Assembly (NCBI RefSeq): GCF_001194135.2
Contig: NC_068992.1
Coordinates: 43,828,924 to 43,866,013, forward strand
DNA length: 37,090 nt
Reading direction: 5' to 3'
DNA from: Octopus bimaculoides
Taxonomy: Eukaryota
Position numbers and translations under genes: made by a program. Under the pieces are notes generated by a model. That model saw only the letters and a program-made list of their open reading frames with translations. It was not told the DNA's origin and did no database searches. Of this stretch, positions 11,669 through 22,538 are shown piece by piece (within the stretch, counting starts at the first letter, position 1; every line of letters begins with the position of its first letter).

Positions 11669-12492
11669 CACAAGAGAGTACACAAAAGAAACCGGAATTT
11701 TACAATATTATTTTATTCACTTAGTTTTACATGCATCAGTCCAGACATGTCTTTCACTGTTTGAAACAGTGCTGGAACTCTTGCAAAGGATGCCTTTTAA
11801 CACTTTTGTTGTTTTTTTTGTTCACTTCTTCCACATCTGCAAATTCCATAGCACCAGCTTTCGTACCAGTGATGACCTTCAAAAAAGGGTCCAGATCAAT
11901 TTCTCACTCTCTTTTCAGTTCATGACACACATTCAGTTGTAACTGCTTTTGATCTTTCATGAGCAAGCGAGGTACAAATTTTGCTGCAACTCTTTTCATT
12001 TGCAAGTCATATCAACAAGTTCATCAATTGTTTGATGAGAGTCTGCCAATATCAGTTCATGAATTTTCATATTTTCATTCATTCAGGAGGTTGATGGATG
12101 TCCTGAACAACGTTGGTCTTCAAGCAACAAGTGGCCATTCCTAAAGCATGAAAACCACTCATAAACTTTTATCTTGCTCATGGCAGCTTCCTTGTAAACT
12201 GTTTGTGGCATGATAACTGTTTCAGCCACTGTTTTCCCCAGTAGAAAACAGCATTTCACAGAATCATGCTGTTCTTTCATTTCAACCAACAAAAAAAAAA
12301 AAATCAATGAACAGGGGAGGAGTACTGCACAACATATCTGCTCCATGTGGCAGTATGACCACACCCAACAATGCTGGTTGTCAGACTGATGTCTGAGGGT
12401 CATATCAAGTGGCTTTTAGTGATGGAAGCCTGAACTACAATGTGCTTGTCCCACAGAGAATGTTTCTGGTTACTTTTGGGTACTTGCATGTG
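11669..12492 (-). mobile_element. Mariner deletion derivative (irritans-like) with both TIRs
   Basis: TIRs agtacacaaaagaaaccggaa (11678-) and ttctggttacttttgggtact (-12484). HTH segment KCCFLLGKTVAETV...VYEWFSCFRNG...EDQRCSGHPSTS, then MKRVAAKFVPRLL and KVITG; catalytic core deleted. Confidence 0.85.
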
Positions 12493-12593
12493 TGTGTGTG
12501 TGATAGATTGTTTGTAGAATTGTTCAATATCAGGATTATCAATCGGTTGAGGTGGGATTTCCGTCTATAGCACTACATTTCCATTTATGTCAT

Positions 12594-12852
12594 CTATTCC
12601 AATTGATGTAATGTTACTCTTGGATCTTCATTTTCACATGGACCTCTAGGGTTTTGCTGTAGAGAGCATAATTTTAATCCAATTTCATTGCCATAAACTG
12701 AATCAGAGTTTTGCACGGCACGACAGATATTCTCTTCAGGAAGGACTTCATAAGCTTCATAAGCTTCATCAGCTTGATCAATTTCATCAATTTCATCAGC
12801 TTGATTGACTTGATGCAACTTTTTAAATTGGTAATCAAGAATCAATATTTTG
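12594..12852 (-). pseudogene. Diverged duplicate of the receptor cytoplasmic-tail exon (acceptor AG->AA, 3' frameshift)
   Basis: Aligns with 15255-15564 (YEVLPEENICRAVQNSDSVYGNEIGLKL versus YETLPEENIRCAVQNSDSVYDKQIGLEL). Homology continues through 12495-12600 / 15160-15260. Confidence 0.7.
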
Positions 12853-13238
12853 TTGCAAATTAGGGTTAAAAGAAACTTTGCAGTTAGATATTTTTTCAGG
12901 CTCTGCAAAGCAATTGAAAATTTTTAAAAATCACTATTTTTGGTTGAATTTTGAATTTCATGGATTATAAGTCGTAACGAATACATATTTCTACATAGCA
13001 GAATGCAAAACAGTAAGAATAGTATCCTTAAGAGGTTGCATACCAAATTTCAATACAACTGCCTAATATCTTGAGATTCCACATTGACTAAAAAGAGAAT
13101 GGGAGTGTGAGCTTCTCTCCAGTGTCACTGCATATAGACGTATGTCATACATGTGTAAACTTTTCTGCTTTGTACCTTGACTTTAGGCCATTGTATTAAA
13201 ATTAACGATCGTGTTAAATTTAGTGTTATTTACATGTA

Positions 13239-13530
13239 GTGAGGACTCATAAGCCAATAACACATCTTGATATTGAATGCCCAATATTTGGTACTCCATG
13301 TGATCTTAGCGAACAAGTTTTGTCAACCTACAAGGACATACTAAAATATGTTTTATTTGAACGAGAAAAACAAAAGAATGTAGTTGAGAAAGATCCTTCA
13401 ATTAAACAAATTGTCAAGATTGTAGCAGAAAAGATAATTCTTTTTTGGCAAAAGGCATCAATCCCTTGAGCTACGATTTTTATCTAAAGTACCAAGCATT
13501 ACTAAAATCTGTGAAAAATAGAAAAAAAAT
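13239..13530 (+). mobile_element. N-terminal fragment of a DNA transposase, probably hATm-like
   Basis: CPIFGTPCDLSEQVLSTYKDILKY...VAEKIILFWQKASIP, then in another frame YLKYQALLKSVKNRKK. The CPIFG / LPTY / W.KASIP pattern is recalled from hATm-type transposases; not database-checked. Confidence 0.5.
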
Positions 13531-14098
13531 GTGCCATCATTTCAAACAGGGTTGATCTAATTGACTGGCCCCCTCCCCCAAAATTTCAGGCCTTGTGCCT
13601 AGAGTAGAAAAGAATGTATAATATCTCCTCACATGAACTTGACGTCCTTATAAATTATTGTTTATGTTTGAATATTTGAAAACACAGTTTATTTCATTGT
13701 TCAACACCTGAAAGTACAGATCTATCTCTGAAGATATCTGACTAAATGTGGTTTTTTTAACATCTAAAATAGTTTGAATGCTGATAATTCAAACCTAAAA
13801 CAGGACTGAAACATATTTAAGATTTTTCAAGTTATTTCTTTGGTTATTTCTTTCGTTGATCCGGTCCCTTTATATCCTGAATCTTATATGTATTACTTTT
13901 TCAATGTGAGTTCAAATAAATTTAACAAAGTACCCACAATATTTTTTTCTCCACTTTCTTTTATTAACTTTATTTATATATGCTTTATATATATATGCTC
14001 ACATTACTTAAATAAATGGAGTAGCATGAAACGTGCGTACTGCAATAACCTTTGAAATCCGTGTTGCTTTTTTTTAATTTTTATATATATATACATAC

Positions 14099-14145
<47 letters not shown>

Positions 14146-14976
14146 NNNNNNNNNNNNNNNNNNNNNNNNNNNNNNNNNNNNNNNNNNNNNNNNNNNNNNN
14201 NNNNNNNNNNNNNNNNNNNNNNNNNNNNNNNNNNNNNNNNNNNNNNNNNNNNNNNNNNNNNNNNNNNNNNNNNNNNNNNNNNNNNNNNNNNNNNNNNNNN
14301 NNNNNNNNNNNNNNNNNNNNNNNNNNNNNNNNNNNNNNNNNNNNNNNNNNNNNNNNNNNNNNNNNNNNNNNNNNNNNNNNNNNNNNNNNNNNNNNNNNNN
14401 NNNNNNNNNNNNNNNNNNNNNNNNNNNNNNNNNNNNNNNNNNNNNNNNNNNNNNNNNNNNNNNNNNNNNNNNNNNNNNNNNNNNNNNNNNNNNNNNNNNN
14501 NNNNNNNNNNNNNNNNNNNNNNNNNNNNNNNNNNNNNNNNNNNNNNNNNNNNNNNNNNNNNNNNNNNNNNNNNNNNNNNNNNNNNNNNNNNNNNNNNNNN
14601 NNNNNNNNNNNNNNNNNNNNNNNNNNNNNNNNNNNNNNNNNNNNNNNNNNNNNNNNNNNNNNNNNNNNNNNNNNNNNNNNNNNNNNNNNNNNNNNNNNNN
14701 NNNNNNNNNNNNNNNNNNNNNNNNNNNNNNNNNNNNNNNNNNNNNNNNNNNNNNNNNNNNNNNNNNNNNNNNNNNNNNNNNNNNNNNNNNNNNNNNNNNN
14801 NNNNNNNNNNNNNNNNNNNNNNNNNNNNNNNNNNNNNNNNNNNNNNNNNNNNNNNNNNNNNNNNNNNNNNNNNNNNNNNNNNNNNNNNNNNNNNNNNNNN
14901 NNNNNNNNNNNNNNNNNNNNNNNNNNNNNNNNNNNNNNNNNNNNNNNNNNNNNNNNNNNNNNNNNNNNNNNNNNNN
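14146..14976. other. Assembly gap (N run) flanked by (TA)n
   Basis: Ns. Confidence 1.
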
Positions 14977-15254
14977 ATATATATTTAAGTCACAATACAT
15001 GGATTCAAGTAATCCAGTAGTACTCATAAAAAAAGCACTATTTTGTAGGATTTTTTACATTTTGCATTGATGAAAGCATGTAAGTTATTAGAAGTCTTCT
15101 TATTGCTAAGTAAAATTTCATCAAACTATTTCTCTGTCATTTATGACTGTGTATGTGTGTGTATGTGATTAGTTGTATGCAAAGTTGTTCAATATCAGGA
15201 TTATCAATGAGCTGAGGAGGGGTTTCCACCTATAGCTCTATTTTTTCATCAATG

Positions 15255-15564
15255 TCATCGATTTCCTATGATGTAATACGCTGATCCTGGATTTTCATTT
15301 TCATATGGACCCTCAGGGTTTTGTTGTCGAGAGGATAATTCTAATCCAATTTGTTTGTCATAAACTGAGTCAGAATTTTGCACGGCACACCGGATATTCT
15401 CTTCGGGCAAGGTTTCATAGACTTCATAATCTTGATTGATTTCATCAACTTGATCAGCTTGATTGATTTCATCAACTTGATCAGCTTGATTGACTTGGTT
15501 GACTTGACAGGCTTGATGTGTTGGCATGTAATCTTTACTGCTTTTGTTTTTGAGTATATTATAT
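15255..15564 (-). CDS. Receptor gene terminal coding exon: acidic Tyr-rich cytoplasmic tail
   Basis: Acceptor tctattgcag|A TAT AAT; phase 2 matches the TM exon donor (AG+A=Arg). Reads YNILKNKSSKDYMPT...DYEVYETL...SVYDKQI...PYENENPGSAYYIIGNR*. Confidence 0.8.
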
Positions 15565-15804
15565 CTGCAATAGACAATATATGTGTGTGAGTGTGTGCAC
15601 ACACGTGTGTGTGTATGTATATGTCTGTCTGTCTGTATGTATGTACAATTGGATGAAAACATCTCTCTCTTTCTCTCTCCCCATTTCTCCCTAATTTTTT
15701 TTTGCTCTGTGCACACAAACACCCACTATGTATGCATATATATTTGTATAAGTATGCTTGTGTATGCGCATGCATGCTTGCTTGTGAGTGTATATATATC
15801 ACCA

Positions 15805-15990
15805 TCATCATCATCATCATCATCGTTTAACATCCGCTTTCCATGCTAGCATGAGTTGGACGATTTAACTGAGGACTGGTGAAACCGGATGGCAACACCA
15901 GGCTCCAATCTGATTTGGCAGAGTTCCTACAGCTGGATGCCCTTCCTAACGTCAGCCACTCAGAGAGTGTAGTGGGTGCTTTTACGTGTG
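15805..15990 (-). mobile_element. RTE-type LINE/SINE 3' tail with (ATG)n end
   Basis: The same ~150-bp unit (ggaagggcatccagctgtag...ccaacccatgctagcatggaaa...gttaaacgatgatgatg) recurs at ~22745-22860 (-), ~27680-27825 (+), ~29230-29350 (-) and ~36710-36855 (+). Confidence 0.75.
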
Positions 15991-16151
15991 ACCCGCACGA
16001 GAAAAACAAAAGACAAAGACAGGTGTATAAACAACAAGCAGGTATATTAGTTTGATGCTCGGGAAGGTGAGCAAGTTATTTATATTTTGAGCCTACAGTC
16101 TTCAACAGAAATGAACATGAGGAAATAAATAGAGAGAGAATAACAAAAATA

Positions 16152-16953
16152 NNNNNNNNNNNNNNNNNNNNNNNNNNNNNNNNNNNNNNNNNNNNNNNNN
16201 NNNNNNNNNNNNNNNNNNNNNNNNNNNNNNNNNNNNNNNNNNNNNNNNNNNNNNNNNNNNNNNNNNNNNNNNNNNNNNNNNNNNNNNNNNNNNNNNNNNN
16301 NNNNNNNNNNNNNNNNNNNNNNNNNNNNNNNNNNNNNNNNNNNNNNNNNNNNNNNNNNNNNNNNNNNNNNNNNNNNNNNNNNNNNNNNNNNNNNNNNNNN
16401 NNNNNNNNNNNNNNNNNNNNNNNNNNNNNNNNNNNNNNNNNNNNNNNNNNNNNNNNNNNNNNNNNNNNNNNNNNNNNNNNNNNNNNNNNNNNNNNNNNNN
16501 NNNNNNNNNNNNNNNNNNNNNNNNNNNNNNNNNNNNNNNNNNNNNNNNNNNNNNNNNNNNNNNNNNNNNNNNNNNNNNNNNNNNNNNNNNNNNNNNNNNN
16601 NNNNNNNNNNNNNNNNNNNNNNNNNNNNNNNNNNNNNNNNNNNNNNNNNNNNNNNNNNNNNNNNNNNNNNNNNNNNNNNNNNNNNNNNNNNNNNNNNNNN
16701 NNNNNNNNNNNNNNNNNNNNNNNNNNNNNNNNNNNNNNNNNNNNNNNNNNNNNNNNNNNNNNNNNNNNNNNNNNNNNNNNNNNNNNNNNNNNNNNNNNNN
16801 NNNNNNNNNNNNNNNNNNNNNNNNNNNNNNNNNNNNNNNNNNNNNNNNNNNNNNNNNNNNNNNNNNNNNNNNNNNNNNNNNNNNNNNNNNNNNNNNNNNN
16901 NNNNNNNNNNNNNNNNNNNNNNNNNNNNNNNNNNNNNNNNNNNNNNNNNNNNN
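16152..16953. other. Assembly gap (N run)
   Basis: Ns; lies inside the TM-to-tail intron. Confidence 1.
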
Positions 16954-16996
<43 letters not shown>

Positions 16997-17454
16997 AAAA
17001 GAGACGAAACAGGAAAAACAATGATTATGTTATGAACTTCATTAGCTAACAGCTTTTTCTGCTATAAGATGCAGTGGACTCATAGTTGAGTACCTGAATA
17101 ATATCCTATTGCTTCAACAGGACTTGAATATGAAGTGCAATTTATATGGGAAAAATGAATTACATTTATGCAATATACAGAGAAGTATACCAGTGAGAAA
17201 GTCATTACTGACATATATCAAAAAAGTGTATGTCAAAAAGGCAATTAGATTTGACCCACATTATTCAGCTGTCCCAGAATCTTTAATCATCTCTTTAAAA
17301 ATCTTACAGTCAATTTAATTCCCATGAGTAATAGTTCTGTACTGTTCTGAATATACCAACCAAGACTTTTTGTTTCATTTTCTACACAATCATTGCAACT
17401 TATCATACCTCTTCTTCTACCTTTACATGATAAATATATTCTTTGTACGTCACT

Positions 17455-17915
17455 TTATTATTATTATTATCATTATCATTGGGTGAGAGAGCAATGCATG
17501 TCATCAAAGTGACCCTGGGGTACATCAGGTCTATGCATCACAACCGTATGTGTACAACATGGTGATCTCCTATCAACATAAACAATACATGACCTTGCAG
17601 GTGAGGTCCAGTTAGAATTTTTTTCAGGTTGAGTAGCCCATCCTGCTCAAAAGATCCCCGAATAAGGTTTGTTTAAGGATGAACAAAACACCAATATTTC
17701 CAGACATGAATTATTCAAGCACCAAAGAATTCCCCTCAACACATGGCTATGATGCTCCCCGACTACTTCTGCTCGTTATTAGAGGTGCACATATCGTCAG
17801 CCACAAAGGGAAATGCTCAACTGGTTAAGGTCAAGCAACTGATGAGCAAATCTGTGGTATTGAGCAGAATATTTGCTGTAGTCCATCCTTTATACCAAGG
17901 CAAAACAGTGTACAT
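17455..17915 (-). mobile_element. Interspersed retroposon 3' part with (AAT)n tail
   Basis: (TAT/CAT)n run at 17455-17480 adjoining a GC-richer block that resembles a recurrent octopus repeat (recognition only). Confidence 0.5.
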
Positions 17916-17974
17916 TTTATGATGCACAAAGGAAACGTTGGGTCTATTTTTTGATTATCTGGTTCCTACTCAGC

Positions 17975-18091
17975 ATTAGAGTAATGTGAAATGAAGTGCT
18001 TTGCTCAAAAACACCATACACCACCCAATCTGGGAACTGAACCCATGATCTGACAATCATGAGTGCAACACACTAGCCACTAGGCCATGCC
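17975..18091 (-). mobile_element. tRNA-derived SINE head fragment
   Basis: Reverse complement reads ggcatggcctagtggctag...gggttcagttccc (A- and B-box-like), followed by ttgagcaaagcacttcatttcac. Confidence 0.65.
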
Positions 18092-18279
18092 TGATTGAAA
18101 TCTTGAAAACTACTTTTGAGATATGCTCTGCAACAGCATCCTTTCTGTACACACTGCATATCTTCCTGCAGGTTTCTGCTACCTTTCTTGTCTTGATTTT
18201 TTAAAAATAAAACAGCATGAGGTGTTGATAATATTTGTTTTCAGTCTCCATTTTCAGAGTAATCCTGAGCATGCAAAAT

Positions 18280-18951
18280 ACAACCAGTTTTCTCACAAGT
18301 TCACAGACTGAAGTGAGAGTGCTTGGATAATCTATAACAATGTGAAGCACAAAATATCATGGGAGAAGTGCTGCAAAGCACCACAAATAACCTCCAAAGC
18401 AGGACTGTGCCTAAAGAAGATAATGTTTTCAGTTTGGTGGAACTGGAAAGATGTCATCTTTTACAAGCTACTTCGGACAGACAGGACCATCAATTCTGAT
18501 GTGTACCATAACCAGCTGGACAAATTAAATGCAGTGATCCACCAGAAGCATCCAGCACTTGCTGATCATTAGGGTAATGTCTTTCATTAGGACAATGCCA
18601 GACTGCACACTTTTTTGTGGACATGACAGAATTTACTAGGGATTGGCTGGGTTAGTTTGCTACACCCTCAATATTCACCTGAACTGGTGCCTTCGGATTT
18701 CCACCTGTTTAAGTCTCTTCAAAATTTATTAAATGAACAGACCTTCAACTCTGTGGAGAATGTAAAAAATTGTCACGAAAAGTTTTTATGCCGGTAAAGT
18801 CAAGAAATTCATTGAACAAGGTATAATGGATATTGGAAGATACTGGAACAAAAATATGATTATATCATTGATTGAATAAATCATTTTGTGTTTAAAACTT
18901 GTGCCTAATTTTCGATTAAAAAAACTGAATGGATTTTTGGCCAACCCAATA
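18280..18951 (+). mobile_element. Mariner 3' half, degraded
   Basis: WIIYNNVKHKISW...KKIMFSVWWNWKDVI...DNAR.HT...HPQYSPELVPSDFHLFKSLQN; 3' TIR ...ggatttttggccaacccaata. Confidence 0.85.
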
Positions 18952-19386
18952 TCTATATCTACATATATAATATAATATAATATAATATAAAATATATTTA
19001 TATATTGCTGTCTGGTTTATGCATTGTCGTCCTTTTTCAACTGACTGCCTTTGAGGTCAGTCACATCTGTTCAGTTCTGTCTCGCCACCCGGTCAGTTAA
19101 GATATTTCCTTGCGCTAGCTTACTACACTGCCTGATAGTCGAAAGACTCTGCTTTGTTTTATTTTTGTTGTAATATATAATCATTTTCCGTTTGTTGTAT
19201 AGCCGAAAGGCTTTTGTCCATTGTATATGTATAATTTTATTTCTTATGTTACATTCGTCTGATAGTCGAAAGACCCTTCAGCTTAAGCCTTTGACCCAGT
19301 TGGTTTCAAGTAGTATTGAAGAGGATCAGGCGAAACTATGTGGACATTCTAGACTCCGACTGAAGAAGCAATTGGCTGCAAATGAT

Positions 19387-19396
19387 NNNNNNNNNN
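19387..19396. other. Short assembly gap (10 N) next to (TA)n
   Basis: Ns. Confidence 1.
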
Positions 19397-19442
<46 letters not shown>

Positions 19443-19628
19443 TCCCCCACACATACACACACATGTACACATGCACATACTTTGGTAATGTCCCATTTCC
19501 TGTTCTTTAAACAAACACACACACAGACAAATTCAAACACATATATGCACATACACATATGCCCACACACATACAAACACAAAAGGGAAATAAACTGAGA
19601 ATAAAGATTAATAATATACAAGCTTTAC

Positions 19629-19692
19629 CTTATACAGAGAATGATGATGATGATGATCAAAAATGACGTGAGGACTGCAAAGAGGCCAATAA
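19629..19692 (-). CDS. Receptor gene transmembrane exon
   Basis: ttgttttctcctttag|TT ATT GGC...TGT ATA AG|gtaaag; 64 nt, phase 1-2; encodes VIGLFAVLTSFLIIIIIILCI(R). Confidence 0.85.
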
Positions 19693-20164
19693 CTAAAGGA
19701 GAAAACAATAAGATACTCAATTAACCAATAGTTTATGTAAACTTAAATGGAACCTAATATATGTAACTTAATAATCAAAAACAAAAATATCTTCATTAAA
19801 AATTACTAACGTAATTAAAAGGAAATCTATAACTTTTTGTGATAATTGCTGTCAAAATAAAAATTGATAAAGACTTGAATGGAGACATGCTTTAGGAAGA
19901 GATTCAGGTTATTGCTAAGTATGGAGCTTAACTCTTGGTATGTTTTGTCTTATTAGACTTCTTCGGTAAAGTATAGTGATATCTGTTCTAGATCTCAGAT
20001 TCTTCCTGTTACATGGAACCATTAGAATTTTTAAACAGTTTGTTGAAGTGGTCTTTATTCCTTTTGAAGAAGATTATCATTAATACTAATGATTTTTCTT
20101 TCAATAATGAGTGTAATTTTTAACTCTTAATTTCCTGTACTATGACCCAATACTACAAGTAAAT

Positions 20165-20294
20165 AAACAAATTTTCACATGGTTCCAGATTCAGTCCCAC
20201 TGCATTCCACCTTGGGCAAGTGTCTCTTACAATCGCGTCGCGCCGACCAAAACCTTGTGAGTGGATTTGATAGATGAAAACTGAAAGAAGCCTG

Positions 20295-20297
<3 letters not shown>
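20165..20297 (+). mobile_element. SINE fragment ending in (TA)n
   Basis: ggttccagattcagtccc (B-box-like)...ccttgggcaagtgtc...gaaagaagcctgtcatatata. Confidence 0.55.
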
Positions 20298-20329
<32 letters not shown>

Positions 20330-20965
20330 NNNNNNNNNNNNNNNNNNNNNNNNNNNNNNNNNNNNNNNNNNNNNNNNNNNNNNNNNNNNNNNNNNNNNNN
20401 NNNNNNNNNNNNNNNNNNNNNNNNNNNNNNNNNNNNNNNNNNNNNNNNNNNNNNNNNNNNNNNNNNNNNNNNNNNNNNNNNNNNNNNNNNNNNNNNNNNN
20501 NNNNNNNNNNNNNNNNNNNNNNNNNNNNNNNNNNNNNNNNNNNNNNNNNNNNNNNNNNNNNNNNNNNNNNNNNNNNNNNNNNNNNNNNNNNNNNNNNNNN
20601 NNNNNNNNNNNNNNNNNNNNNNNNNNNNNNNNNNNNNNNNNNNNNNNNNNNNNNNNNNNNNNNNNNNNNNNNNNNNNNNNNNNNNNNNNNNNNNNNNNNN
20701 NNNNNNNNNNNNNNNNNNNNNNNNNNNNNNNNNNNNNNNNNNNNNNNNNNNNNNNNNNNNNNNNNNNNNNNNNNNNNNNNNNNNNNNNNNNNNNNNNNNN
20801 NNNNNNNNNNNNNNNNNNNNNNNNNNNNNNNNNNNNNNNNNNNNNNNNNNNNNNNNNNNNNNNNNNNNNNNNNNNNNNNNNNNNNNNNNNNNNNNNNNNN
20901 NNNNNNNNNNNNNNNNNNNNNNNNNNNNNNNNNNNNNNNNNNNNNNNNNNNNNNNNNNNNNNNNN
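20330..20965. other. Assembly gap (N run) flanked by (TA)n/(TAGA)n
   Basis: Ns; lies inside the stalk-to-TM intron. Confidence 1.
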
Positions 20966-20999
<34 letters not shown>

Positions 21000-21046
21000 T
21001 AGATATATATATAGATAGATATATAGATAGATATATAGATAGATAT

Positions 21047-21095
<49 letters not shown>

Positions 21096-21124
21096 GGTGC
21101 ATGTTTTCTTTGTATCTGTGTACA

Positions 21125-21335
21125 TTCCCAGTCACTGCTTGACAACTGGTGTTGATGTATTTACATCCCCATAACTTAACAGTTCAACAAAAGAGACTGA
21201 TAGAATAAGTACCAGGCTTGAAAAGGATATTAAGTACTGGGGTTGTTTAGTTTGACTAAAATTCTTGAAGGTGGTACCCCAGCATGGCCACAGTCTAATA
21301 ACTGAAACAAGTAAAAGATAAAAGAATTCAATAAT
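21125..21335 (+). mobile_element. SINE 3' part (family also at ~31330-31510 and ~34795-34840)
   Basis: Shared tttacatcccc(g)taacttagcagttc...gatagaataagtacc...ccccagcatggccaca...actgaaacaagta. Confidence 0.7.
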
Positions 21336-21374
21336 AAATCTCTGAGCGAGATATAAACAGTAGCAGCATGACAT

Positions 21375-21767
21375 CGGGAAATATATTTGCCAACTAAAAA
21401 TGTGGCTAAGGCTCCCCCTTAAGGGTCAATGCTACTGTAGCTTGTAGCCACAGGAAGACATCTCATCCAGCTGGCTCGAGATCAGTGACTTTTCGTCACT
21501 GGAAAAAGTATATATATTTGCATTGAGAATCATTTCCCATCACCAACCGGTGGTTGTCATACGCTTATGACAGGTCAATACCCAGAAACTCAGGTCCGTA
21601 TGTATCACGTCAGGCTGGAGATGGGAATGATGACTTCCCTTTGCAAATATTGATAGGGCACAAATAGTGTGTCAATAGCCAGCTAGAGATGTCTTCCTTG
21701 GGCTACAAGCTACAGTAGCATCAACCCTTAAGGGTTAGCCACATTTAGGTGGCAAATCTACTTCACG
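21375..21767. mobile_element. MITE with ~95-bp terminal inverted repeats
   Basis: cgggaaatatatttgccaac...ccttaaggg...gctactgtagcttgtagcc...ggaagacatctc is mirrored by gagatgtcttcc...ggctacaagctacagtagc...cccttaagg...ggcaaatctacttcacg. Confidence 0.85.
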
Positions 21768-22496
21768 TAAAATAATTCATTCGGAAGGAAATGAGAAACT
21801 GCCTAATGTAAGGGAGAAAACTCTAATCCTTTCTCTCCTCCGCTTTTGTTCCTTCACAGAATCATTACAAAGCTGGACTTTGAATTGGACAGTTTTCAGT
21901 ATGATATTAAGAGTTAATTAAATATTTTGGTGTGGGTGTGTTACTACATTAAGTTTGTTAACCTCACTTAGCTCTCTGTCCTTCATTCAAACATTCTTAG
22001 TGCAGTTATTAAACTGCCAAACATCAGCTTAATAAGGACAAATTTATTCAACTGAACTCTTCATTATTTCCAACATTAGTTAAAACAAAGTTAGACTATT
22101 TGAATAGTAACGTGGTTAACAAAAGGTTAAACTCATTCGGATATTCTTGATGCAGTTATTAAATTGTCATTGAATTTAGAGTTGAGTTTTGAGAAAAGAC
22201 CTCTCCCAATCATAAAATCATGTTTGCGAGGCACGAACCAGTTTCTATAGCTATCAAACCATGATATAATATGACACAGATTTTCAATACTTGACATTAA
22301 TTCCAATGATAGAGAATAATTACAGAGTCTCTAACTTCCTAATATCCTCTCAAGGCTTTAGTTAGTTGGCCCAGTGCTATAATGAATGACATCTGCTCTT
22401 GGTATTGTGTAATGGGACTGAAATCAGAACGATGAGGTAGTCAAACTTGATAAACAAAAATTATGAGATGATACATGAAAAAGTAAAAATAATTAC

Positions 22497-22538
22497 CTAT
22501 TTTTATGGAGAGATTTGTTTCATTCCCAAGTATTTTCT
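22497..22538 (-). CDS. Receptor gene stalk mini-exon
   Basis: ttttgtctactttttag|AG AAA ATA...AAA ATA G|gtaatt; 42 nt, phase 1-1; encodes (E)KILGNETNLSIKI with two N-glycosylation sequons (NET, NLS). Confidence 0.8.

Noticed and set aside
17405-17455. YLSCKGRRR-G|gtatga as a juxtamembrane exon
   Set aside because: Ends in phase 1 while the TM-tail junction needs phase 2, the phase-2 frame has a stop, and no acceptor precedes it.
10633-21145. Long ORFs of 240-350 aa spanning N runs
   Set aside because: Artefacts of translating assembly gaps (X runs) and (TA)n flanks.
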